Source of the DNA: Macrostomum lignano
Lineage: Eukaryota
Assembly (NCBI GenBank): GCA_002269645.1
Contig: NIVC01002592.1
Coordinates: forward strand, 1 to 64,000
Direction of reading: 5' to 3'
DNA: 64,000 bases
In this document: piece by piece, positions 52,246 to 63,540 of the stretch
Layout: each line of letters starts with the position of its first letter
Numbering within the stretch: position 1 is the first letter of the stretch
Translations under genes and position numbers: made by a program
The notes under the pieces: model-generated
Told to the model about the DNA's origin: nothing
What the model saw: the letters and a program-made list of their open reading frames with translations, nothing else
Database searches by the model: none

Positions 52246-52401
52246 GCGCAACCTTGGGAATCACTCGGCCGTTTCTATTGGCAACACACACATGTAAGTC
52301 GCTATTGGCTGAGAGCAGTCACGTGACTACTATTCCGTCCAATAGCGACTTACATGTGTGTGTTGCCAATAGAAACGGCCGGGTGAATCCCTAGGTTGCG
52401 C
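52246..52401. repeat. Palindrome with perfect 43-bp core arms (52266-52308 and 52339-52381)
   Basis: CGGCCGTTTCTATTGGCAACACACACATGTAAGTCGCTATTGG and its reverse complement; central AGTCACGTGACT. Confidence 0.9.
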
Positions 52402-54052
52402 CCAAGCATGAAGATTCATAGACCTAAATTTCACATCACCCAAACTCTAATTAGCATGCGACTTCATTGTGCTAAATTCTTAAAGAATTTGAACCATACC
52501 ATTTCACAATTCAAAACTTCACTTCAAATTTAGAGAATTATGTAGGCTCAAAACTTTTTGGTGATGTGAATGTTTGGTTTTGTGAAGTTTTGGCATAATA
52601 AAAAAGTGTTTTTGGCCAAAAAGCATCCATTTCAATACAATACCTAAAATTCACAGTACCTCAATTATGACAAAGTTTAGATTTAGCCAGGAAATGAAAA
52701 TGCACACAGTAAATTAATCTCACCAGCTTTTCTCTCTTGATATGTGCGAGATGTGTCCCAGTAGATAAATCCAAAAGTTGCTGTCACAGCAATTACAGAT
52801 GCAGGCGACACTGTGAGAACAGCAACCAACTGCTTAGCTACGTTCATGGTGATCACTGCTTGGCATGCTGCAAAATTAACATTTCAGTCCTGTAATTTCT
52901 CATGATAACTTTAAAGCACAAGAGAAACAATAAGATGACATTATTACATGTATTTGAAATATAGTTTTCAAAGTAAAGAACCTGATTAACTGAAACAAAA
53001 TCAAAGTAATCCATACTCTGCAGAACAGGGGGAATAGAGGAAAGTTGCTATGTCATTGACATATTTAGATATATACTAGCAATCTGCGCCCCCATATTGA
53101 GGAGGCAACCATTGCCCACATGTACACCTTGTAGTTGTACAATCAGTATTGTTAAACTCTTAAGGAAAATAATGCTTAATACAGAGAGTATCCACTCAAT
53201 AAGCTAGCAATCTAAAGAAAGCTTAAGCTTAAAACCTCTATGAGTTTTGTCTTCAACATCTGAGCAACCCCTAGGAGTTTGAAATCATTAAAAATCATTT
53301 TAACAATACCCACAGAAACCTTGGCATTTTATTGATTTTCCTGAACCACGGAATTTTAGCAATTTTCTTTATGAGTCTAGAAATCTCAGAAATTTCATCA
53401 TGAGCCTTGAAATCTTAGGGCCTAACAATACCCTCACAAGCCTTGACATCTTAGCAATTTCCATGTAAATCTTTTGTTTGGGAAGGCAATTTTTTATAAT
53501 TAACCTTAACCCTAACCCTGACTTTGTATTGGAAAATGTCATTTTTATGATTGGCCAACTGTCACAATTTTAGATAGACCCCCTGACAATGCTATAATGC
53601 AGGAAAAGAGGAAGAGTGTTTTATAAAAGAACTTTTTAGCCTCTGACAAATTTATAGCCTTCAAAAGAAGCTTTGCAGTCTATGATAGACTCAAATAAGA
53701 TAGGTCCAAACATAGCTAAGCATGCAAATAACATGTGCCACTGAGTAGAAGCCAAGCAAATATTCTCAAATATGAGATAGTGCAACATGTTACAACTGAC
53801 ATATATGTATATCTTAGCCAATTAGCCAATGGACTAAGGTGTTAAAATGGGAAAAATATTTGGAATATTTCAATTTGATCAAATTGACCAATATTTTATT
53901 TAAATCAGAATTAGAAAGTTGACAATCCAGACTAAATAGTTCTTTTGATGTAGGGCAAAGATTTGGAACAAGTCAAGAGTTAAATATTGGTGTTGTGGCT
54001 CATAAATGGGAGAAAAATTAGGGATGAATAGGAACTAGAGGATTAAAGACTA

Positions 54053-54427
54053 CGAGGGTCATCCCAAAAGTTCTCTATATCACTGAATTACTCCTACGAG
54101 CTGGCACCAATTTTGAAGAAACTGCACACAAACTTGCACCAATATCTGCACACAACATTAATGAATTTTCATAAAAAAATCTCTATGCAATTAGAAATAA
54201 CAAGCTGAGTTGTCCAACACCTTCAGAGCAAATGGACAGCTCTCACATTGACTTCTTTAACTGGCACAGTGCAGCTCGTGCAGCATCACCAACCAGTCAT
54301 GTGAGTCAGCCAGTCATTCAAGAATAAATGATGGAATTCTTGTCAAGTTCATTCACTTTTCTGCTTGTGACACTTGCCTATTCAGTCGGTGATGCTGCAC
54401 GAGCTGCACTGTGCCAGTTAAAGAAGT
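54053..54427. mobile_element. Partial mariner-type MITE with a perfect internal 40-bp inverted repeat (54251-54290 and 54388-54427)
   Basis: TA|CGAGGGTCATCCCAAAAGTTCT resembles the 44949 terminus; no second terminus found. Confidence 0.6.
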
Positions 54428-55705
54428 TTGCTTGCAGAATTTTGCTTGCCGAGGTTTGCTTGCCGAACTTTGCTTGCAGAATTTTGCTTGCTGAACTTTG
54501 CTTGCCGAACTTTGCTTGCCAAACTTTGCTTGCCGAATCTTGCCTGCCGAAGTCTGCTTGCCGAAGTTTGCTTGTGGAATTTTGCTTGCCGAAGTCTGCT
54601 TGCCGAACTTTGCTTGCAGGAAATTTGCTTGCAGGAATTTTGCTTGCCGAGGTTTGCTTGCCGAAGTTTGCTTGCGGAATTTTGCTTGCCGAAGTTTGCT
54701 TGCAGAATTTTGATGTCTGCTTCCTAAAAATTCGCAATCACAATTGCAAGGTTTCCTGATTGCAGCGCATGGGCATTTTGGCGGACGGCGTCCGGCGCGG
54801 ATCTAATACGGCGCGGCGCGGCGCGTACGGCGCGCGGCGATTAGTACGGCGCGGCGCGGTACTAATTAGATGCCGAGGCATTTAGGCTTGATAAGACAGT
54901 CATAGTTACTCCTGCCGTTTACCCAAAACTGCGTTAATTTTGCTTTAGGGTTTCTTTCACAGGTAAGTCATTTCACAGCGTGGCGCAGGTTGTGCAGGCG
55001 TCTGGCGTACTTAAGCCATGCGCTGCAATAGGGCAAGGTTTTAACTTGCCAAATTATTTTCTTGTTTGCTTGCTTGTTTGATGGCTTGTGAAGTTGGTAA
55101 GTCAATTATTACATACTACAGTACAGACGATGCAGCTCTATTTGGTTCCCGGGCAGAATGAGTTCAGGGGATCAGGGAAGTGCAGCTGCTTTGCAAGTGG
55201 ATTCTTATCAGCATCGACATAAACTGACTTGACACTAAGCTTTCAAACTATTAGAAATAATTAAAGAGCTAAAAAATTGGTTCTTTACAGTTCCGCTAAA
55301 AAAAACTTTAGATAGCAAACCTTGATCAGCAAGCAAATTTCCTACAAGCAAATTTCCTGCAAGCAAAATTCGGCAGGCAAAATTCCGCAAGCAAACTTTG
55401 GCAAGCTTATGTGCAGCAAGCAAATTTCCTGCAAGCAAAATTCGGCAAGCAAACTTCGGCAAGCAAAGTTCGACAAGCAAAGCTCGGCAAGCAAACTTCG
55501 GCAAGCAAAATTCCGCAAGCAAAGCTTGGCAAGCAAACTTCGGCAAGCAAAATTCCACAAGCAAAGTTCGGCAAGCAAACCTCGGCAAGCAAAATTCCGC
55601 AAGCAAACTTTGGCAAGCAAACTTCGGCAAGCAAACCTCGGCAAGCAAAATTCCACAAGCAAAAGTCCCGCAAGCAAACTTCTCGCAAGCAAATTTCATA
55701 GACCC
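54425..55705. mobile_element. Second foldback element with TTTGCTTGCCGAA arrays (~54425-54715 and inverted ~55330-55700); left end missing
   Basis: Right end TTTCATAGACCC resembles the end at 50817; no matching TSD seen; nested MITE with TTGCAGCGCATGG TIRs at ~54759-55029. Confidence 0.8.
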
Positions 55706-56475
55706 GTTATGGCGTTATAGTGAGTAAAGCATTATTCTATATGCACTCACATTTGAAAGCATCATTGTACGTGTATACTTGTAATTTTAGATGTAGAGTT
55801 TCAAAGCCATAATAATACACTATAATTAATTGGTCAATATGTTCCAAAGCCAAAGCAGATCTCGACTTTTCACAAAGACTGGTTCCAGAGTACCAGAACC
55901 AGAATAATTCCAATTCCAGAATCAAAATAATTCTGATTCCAGAACCAGAATCAGTAGGAAAATGAAAAGCGTCGAATTTTTCTATTCTATTTCTGTCTAA
56001 TTATATTACTTCTCAAAGATAAAAACATTTTTATCTAAAATCGAGAAACCAGTATTCTTTTAAAAATGTTATTTCAAATTCGTCCTTTTGTTGCTATAGA
56101 AATGCGACAACGGATCGAGAAAATTTCTCGAACCGAATTCCAGAATAGGATCACGGTTCTGGAACCGATCTAAAGCGGAACGGACAATATAAAAAGCTTC
56201 AAACCGATTCTAGTTCTGACACCGGTTATATGAAAAGCCTAATTGTGTAAAAAAAATCGTATTTCGTATAAATCTTTCTGAGAAAAAAATTCTAAATTGT
56301 TGCACGACAACGTTTAAACAAAACACATTTTTAAAGAAAAAATCAATGCTTAAACCTAGAAGGAATTTAGTTTTTATTTTAGTTTCGTTTATTATTCTAT
56401 AAGAATTATAACTTTTATAACTGGGGTCAGCAAAATTGTTCAATTATCTTTGAATGGGCAGGCTGGGTGGGCCTG

Positions 56476-57910
56476 TCGCAATTTTGACTAACTCAAATTT
56501 CGACTGCTGGAACCTACCTAACTCTAGCCTTAACTGTTAACCCTAATTTGTTTGTCTCATTCTAACCCAGCCCATGAGCAACCAATCTCAGCCAGCCTAT
56601 TTAGCACATGGTGTTAGCCAGAGCTGGGTTTTAATCACACTCCTCTTTTTACAAAATTCGATCAGTCGTCTATACCTGTATATACATGTACGAGCCATCT
56701 ATCCCGATTCTCATCGAAATGGTTTATTTCAATGCCACGGACTTCAAAGTCATTCTAATATGCAAACTTCTAATTGTACATTGACAAGCCAAATTATTTA
56801 GCTTTAAATCCCCTAAGGAAACTGAGTACAGGCCATTCAACTAAGTAAAAAGCATTGAACCACACAATCTACCCTTCTATCTATGCGCTGGACGCCGCGC
56901 TGTAATAGAACAAAACTGCAATAACGCAAAAAATATTTAAGCCAGCTATATAGGGCTCACAAATTCAACTCGAGGAAATCCGAAAATAAGATAAATTAAA
57001 CTTAATCAATCAAATTTTTGGAGAATTAGTTTTAACATGGTCGATTAGATTATATCAATCAGGTATTTAATTCTCAAAAAAATGCATGGCTCCTGTGTAA
57101 TTGGGGGACTCTTGGGTGATTCCTGCTGCAGTGAATCTTTAATTGGCAGGTTCCAAAGCAACTCGGCCAACTCGTTCGAACAAAATGTAGCAACCACACG
57201 CATCACAGGTTTTACGAGCTCCCAGGTCGGCCACCATGCAGCTTCTTCCTCGACAAAGTTTGGAGCTGTAGATAGCTGTTGCCTGATTTGGACCTTCACA
57301 GCGCTGTGGGCCATCTTACAATTCGATTCAGAAATGGCGAATGGTGAATGATGGCGAATGCATGGAAGCAGCGGCAACGAGAACTGAGTAGTTGCCGATT
57401 TCCAGCGATTGTGACACCTTAATGGAACATACCCGGTGGACCGTCGCAAACAACTACAACTCTTGCGTCACCAACTTAGCCATGAACTTGCTCAACCATA
57501 GCTCGTTGACAACTATTGGAAACGTGACCTTGTCTGGCCACCGCGGAAAACCTCACTCTTGACCAAACCATTGGAAGTTGAGCACAGGGACTACTCAATA
57601 ATTGATTGGTTGAGCCATGGAGAAAGACAAATGACAGAGCATGTGCGTTTGTGCTTTGGGTAAGAAAGAGTTTCGCGTAGGCTGACTTTGATTGTAAAAA
57701 GAGAGCATGTCGTGGTAAAACCCAATTGCTCTGGCTACACCATGTGCTATGGGCTGGCTAAGATTGGTTGCTCGTAGGCTGAGCTAGAATGAGAAAACCA
57801 ATACTAAATCCAAACCTATAAACCTTTTTCCCAATTCTTACTTAACCTGAATATAGAAGTCAAAAATAGCTAGCTGGCAAAAAGTTGCTCATGGCAGTCA
57901 AATTGCGACT
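56476..57910. mobile_element. Old long-TIR element
   Basis: ~56545-56660 (CTCATTCT...GAGCAACCAATCT...GCACATGGTGT..GCCAGAGC) is inverted at ~57690-57795; GTCGCAATT(T)TGAC at both outer ends. Confidence 0.6.
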
Positions 57911-58403
57911 GTCAATAGCAGTTGTGCTCCCCGGCTAAATATACATTTGGAAATCCATGAAGGAGAGAAAATCGCATTTTAATTACAATTGAATTTAAAT
58001 GTGATGAAAGTTTATGTGTAAGAGTTTCTATCTCAACTTAGTTTTCAGCAATTTTTAAGTTCTATAAAAATTCATCCTTTGCGAGAGAAAAATCCATCTC
58101 CTCAAAGGAAGCAGACTGCTAAAGAGTAGAGTTCAAATTAAAGAAAATCATGCAGTATGTAGAAATTGGTGAAAATATAGCTGATTTTGTTATGTAGAGA
58201 ATGCATGGAATTCAACTTTGAAAGTCTATACAATATAAAGATCATGGTTTGGGCCATAGACACCGCGCAAATTTTGGACTGAAAACTCAACTGAGACAAG
58301 CAAACCCACAGAATACACCAAACTGCCCAATCAGCTGGTTTATCTAAAGTCGAAATAAAAAGCCATATACGAGTATATTAACTCCTGAGGTGAAGAATAA
58401 CTA

Positions 58404-58620
58404 ATGCTTACGTCGGAAGAAGAGGTCATGGCTGTTGTCGATGGCTGTGTGTCAGAAGCTACTAAGAAGAAAGCTACTTGGGTGGTCAACACATTCATGG
58501 AATGGCACAACGAAAAGAAGACACAGTGGGCGTCTGGCGAGGAAACTGGACTGATGGTGCTCAAGGAGCTGCATGAGATGAGCAAATCGGATCTGCAGAT
58601 GCTTCGACCTCAAGGACTCT
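58404..58620 (+). pseudogene. N-terminal fragment of a Crypton/DUF3504-type tyrosine recombinase
   Basis: SEEEV...SEATKKKATWVVNTFMEW...LHEMSKSDL matches the family pattern; broken off by a 51-bp tandem duplication (58621-58722). Confidence 0.6.
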
Positions 58621-61191
58621 GACGGTTGCCACTGCTCGTGATGCTGGAGGCGCTCCAACAACTGGGACTACGACGGTTGCCACTGCTCGTGATGCTGGAG
58701 GCGCTCCGACAACTGGGTCTACGACGGTTTTTTTTTCTCCTGCGAAGAAAATGCGAATCGAAGTTTCTAAAAATGATAACACCATCGTGATCACTATGGA
58801 GTGAGAAAGACAAAAAGTGCTTTACTGTCATTGACTATTAGTCTATTAGCGTTAGTGTCAACCATAGTTGCTTTTTGTGGCTTTTTGTTGTTATTGTCAG
58901 TTCCAAATAAATCGTTTCTTCGTCTGGGACAAATAAATATTTCTTCGTCCCGGACAAATAAATGCTTCAACACTAGACCATAGACTTATTTGACCGGGAC
59001 AAGTGGGGGATAAAATCGAAGCGAGGGCTTGAGGGTGTCTCCATTCTCGCTATACTGGCAAAGTCACTAATGTCTTCAGCTATTTCGTGCGCAAGCGTTG
59101 TAATCAAATTGCTTACACAGCATCAAACTATCGCTATCGCATCAAACTCGGGACTGTTCCGTTTCGATCAGAACCATAGACTGTTGAGCTATAGTTCTTT
59201 TTTTCCACAAGACCGAGCCAAGTTGTGGAAACATTAGATATATAGTCCTGTGGCGGCCAGACTATGCGACCGGCAGCACCAGTGCAGCCGCACTGGAAAC
59301 CCCCCGCCAACCTCTGTCTAGCTGAGGTGGGGTGGTGGCGCCCCGCGCTAGCCGGCTCGCTAAGCCAGGGGGTTGGCGTAGCCAGTCACGCCACGCCACA
59401 TGTGCGCACCTCCCTTGGCCCCTCAATAATCTCGCGCTGTTTTCACTTGTATAAATATACGCGCAATGCAGTGCAACATCTTCGCTGCCATTCCATCTAT
59501 TGAACTAAAAGGCCTTCCGCCTCAGTCCATTGACAGTCTTTAGATTTCTTACGCGGTATGAAAATAACCCCCGAAAAAGGCATGTGTAATCTCGTAAAAA
59601 CCATAGACTAGACTCCGGGATTATATTGGATAATATCCCGGAGTTGTATTAACATACCGCATCTCTGAATATACTACCGGAAGGCATAAAATCTATGGTT
59701 TATTAAACATGCCTTTTAAGGGAGTTATTTGTATAAATCACGAAGGTGTAATCTCGTATAAACCATAGACATAAAGACTTTACGGGATATTATTGAATAT
59801 TACCAAATAAAATCCCGGAGAACGCAAATATTGTCATGGAAAGTCCATATCTATGGATTATGTATACATACTTACATACATAATTACATACATATGCATA
59901 TGCCAACGTAGCTTTAAAAAGTGAAGCCGATTTTCACTTTCCGCCGAGAGTTTGGCTTTGGACCATAAACTTAAGTGTTTTGAGCTAAAAGTATATTTGT
60001 GATAAATATACTCGTACAAGTACAAGTACAAATAATTAATTGCATATATATTTCTAGCTCGTAGCACCTGATTTTTTATATATTTTTAGTCTATGGTCCA
60101 AAGCCAAACTCCCGGCGGAAAGCGAAAATCAGCTTCACTTTTTAAAGGCATATTCTATGTATACGAAATATTCTCTGTCCACCACTAGACTTTATGTTTT
60201 AAATTGCGGGCACTATGAGAGTTGCCTCATGCTCTATTGACATTGTAAACATCATTGTAATTATACTTTTACCCAGACGCAATGAAAAAATATTTTGGCC
60301 ATTATTCCACAGTTTTGATGTGTACCATAGACATTTGGATTGAAAAAATCCATGGCTCAGTATTTTTGTTAATAAATACAGAACAACAAGAAGTAAATGA
60401 ACAAAAAGGAAAAAATCATTAAAACTAAAGTACCAGCTACACGAAAAGAGTTAATAATAAATGTCACAGCTAGTGCAGTTTATCAGTTTGTAGTCGAAAT
60501 TTGACAATGTGAAAATCAATTTGTCACCCAAAGTGAAACATGCACAGTTCTCAAAGCCGCAGTTTCCAAAGATTCTCGACACTTTAGCCTGATGATTTGG
60601 CACTGCAAAAGGAGTTGGTCTATGTTGAATGTTTTCTATGAAAGAGAAATACAGGTTCTCAAGTATAGTTGCCGAACTTACCATTTGAAAGATGCACGAC
60701 TTGGTTAAGTTGGCATGCGACTGATGAGCTTCGTCTGATGAGCTTCTTTGGTACCGCAGTATCCAAGCTGGGATTCTTTGAGACTGTCGGCTGCTCGACT
60801 GAATCGATTGGCCGCTTTCAGGCATCGTTTATAGCCGTCGAGGCGTTGAAGACTGCATGGTCGCGTTTTCTTCCTAGGTAGCGCCGCACGGTTCGTTCAG
60901 TCGTCGCAAGGAAGATTTTTTCAATTAATAAGCGCGGCTGTTTGACGAGATGCACTATAGCCATAGTTGTTTGACAAGACAAATAGCTTTTTCTCCCACT
61001 ACTCGCTTTACTGATTTCTCGCAAGACGCAAGCAAAATCAGCACTCATCACAGTGTTGTCTATGGTCAAACTAAGCCACACAACTCAGTCGTCTATGGGT
61101 AAAACAACTCTTAAAACAGCCAATTGAAGCATGATAAAAAGTGTGGAATAATGACAGCGACAAAAGTGTGGAATAATGGCAGCAAAAGTGT

Positions 61192-61403
61192 GGAATAATG
61201 ACTGAGCGCTGAGTGAAAGTATAAATACAATGGTAGATTGTATAGTATGCAACTGAGTTGAATAATGGCCAAAACTCGAGTGCGCGTAGCGCACGAGTGT
61301 CTATGTGTAGCGCACTCGAGTTTTGGCCATTATTCAACTCAGTTGCATACTATACAATCTACCATTGTATTTATACTTTCACTCAGCGCTCAGTCATTAT
61401 TCC
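61192..61403. repeat. Perfect 94-bp inverted repeat with a 24-nt spacer
   Basis: Arms 61192-61285 and 61310-61403; spacer GTAGCGCACGAGTGTCTATGTGTA. Confidence 0.93.
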
Positions 61404-61483
61404 GCGCTACTCGTGCGCTACTCGTGCGCGTAGCGCACGAGTGTCTATGGCCATTATTCAACTCAGTTGCATACTATACAATC

Positions 61484-62642
61484 CACAGAATATACACAGA
61501 ATGCCAAATCGAGCGATTTCCATGAAGCCGAATTAAAATTCGTGTGCACTACTCTTGTGAAGTCTATGGCCAGTAGTATAAATTAGCGAAGAATAATTTA
61601 TCAAAGTCTCGCAGGCAGTCAGAGATCCTACCTGGAGGACCAAATGTAAAATTTTATCATTTTTTCGTATTTTATCATCTAAACAAATCAAACACTCTGA
61701 AGAACTCCAGTTAAGCAAAATTCATTCGCATCATCAACAAACAACAGCTAAGCAGAATTCATTTGCATCACAGTTAAACTACAGTCAAACAGCATTTAAT
61801 CGCATCAGCTTCTTCCTCTCTTCAGCTCTCTTTATTCCTGTCGTACGCCCCCGCTTTCTCTGCTGAGCGAGCGTCCTCTGACTGTTGCACCAGTGATGCA
61901 GGCGAAGTCTGGCAAATAACTTGGCCATTGCCTTAGCGCAGCGTTCGCCGTGATCCGAGCTGTGCGTCTGAATATTTGCAAGAACAATGGGAAAGAACTT
62001 TTCCTGAAGCCGTTTGCTCACGTCCTTCAGACGTCCTTCCATCTGACAGACTGCAGATCTATGACTGCCTTGTTGGGAATGATCAGATTTCCAGTCCCGC
62101 CCTGTCCGTTCTTGAGCTGCAGGAAGCGCATCGCCTTTTAACGACTGCTGGCACTCCTCGCATTTTTCCTCAGATTTGAATAGCTTGAAAAGCAGCCAGC
62201 CTCCAATGTAGGCGCACTTCTCATTCTCAATGCTGCCGACTGTGCCAGCAGGCAGGTCTTGAGCTTCCTCAGTGGAGTCTGCTGAAATCAGACCATCGCC
62301 CTGCGGACCAGGACTGGGCGCACTTGCACTTGCTGTTACTTTGGCCTGAAACTCGGTCAGCAAGGTGCTGCCATCGTTCTCGCAGTTGCTGTTGGTCTGC
62401 GATAGACAGCCCAACAAGTGGTTGACAGTGGATTTTCCAGCCATGCTGCGCAGAAAAGCTCAGACTGAACTTAGTTTTCAGTTGAAAGCAAAGAATAAAA
62501 GTCGCTCTTAGAATAGTTTATGGCAAAAACTCAAGCCCTACTTATCAAAGCTTCACAACAAGAGTAGGCTGGTGTGATTTCAATTCTTGCACCCATTTTT
62601 TAAACAAAAATGCTCGAATCGGCATTCTGTGTATATTCTGTG
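61484..62642 (-). mobile_element. P-element/THAP9-like deletion derivative (1159 bp), 22-bp perfect TIR, 8-bp TSD ATACAATC
   Basis: TIR CACAGAATATACACAGAATGCC; TSD at 61476-61483 and 62643-62650; an empty-site copy (ATACAATCTACCA) lies at ~61353. Confidence 0.85.
61785..62444 (-). pseudogene. C-terminal segment of a P/THAP9-like transposase
   Basis: AYIGGWLLFKL....KCEECQQSL and KLFARLRLHHW resemble the P-superfamily C-terminal region; no THAP or catalytic domain present. Confidence 0.6.
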
Positions 62643-63540
62643 ATACAATCTACCAGTGCTGCAAGTCTGACTGGTAATATAACTGATAACTACACTCAAC
62701 TACGAGCTAATTAAAATACCATAGACCGGAAAAGAAATGGCAAATACATGGCATTTCTGTGCGGCCCTCAGATTAACGTGGGAATAGTAATCCTGTAGAC
62801 CTTCTAGGACCAGAATGGTGGAGACTCCGAGGGCGGCGAAGTGATGGCACATTCGATATTCACAAGACAGCAAAATGGCGAGTAAAACGAATTGCCGCTC
62901 TGGATTCTTAGAAGCGAAATCGAACAAACTTTTTTGTTATCTAGTACACGTAGATCTACACTGCGGACCGGATGTATACTGTGGGCTTCAATTGTCTATG
63001 GTTTAAACTTTCCTTTAAGATCATGAAATTAAATGATCAAATTATTATTAAATGCGCTTATTCTGCTATTGAACGCAAGATAAATTTAAGAAATACCATA
63101 GACAGCAGAGCTGCTGGTTTGTTCTACATGTACAGGATACGTGAGTCCCAACTGTCCTAAGTCTTGGCAGCCATCGAATCATGTATATAATCATGGATGT
63201 TTAATGCGCATTCTAGGGTTAGAAAGTCCGAGGCTGCATTTGATGGTCTCGAGGCGAGCGAAGCGAGCCGAGGACCATTAAGTGTGGCCGAGGACTTTCT
63301 ACCATAGAATGCGCATTAAACTACCGTGATCTTATATGAAATCCGAATTGCTTATTTTTGTAGCTTTCTCTTGAGCCGGGCCGAATGCGGTGCAGCCAGT
63401 CGGCAAAGACCCGATTGGGGGTGTGGGGGCGAAGCCCCCACATTGGAACCATAGACAACTTTTCCATAAATTTAAGACAGTACTAGCTAGACGAAATCCG
63501 AATTACTTTCTTTCGTAGCTTTCTCTTGAACCACACCGCG

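Noticed and set aside
57045-57449. 134-aa ORF as a Harbinger transposase fragment
   Set aside because: Only a vague W-P-T resemblance; no catalytic motif seen.
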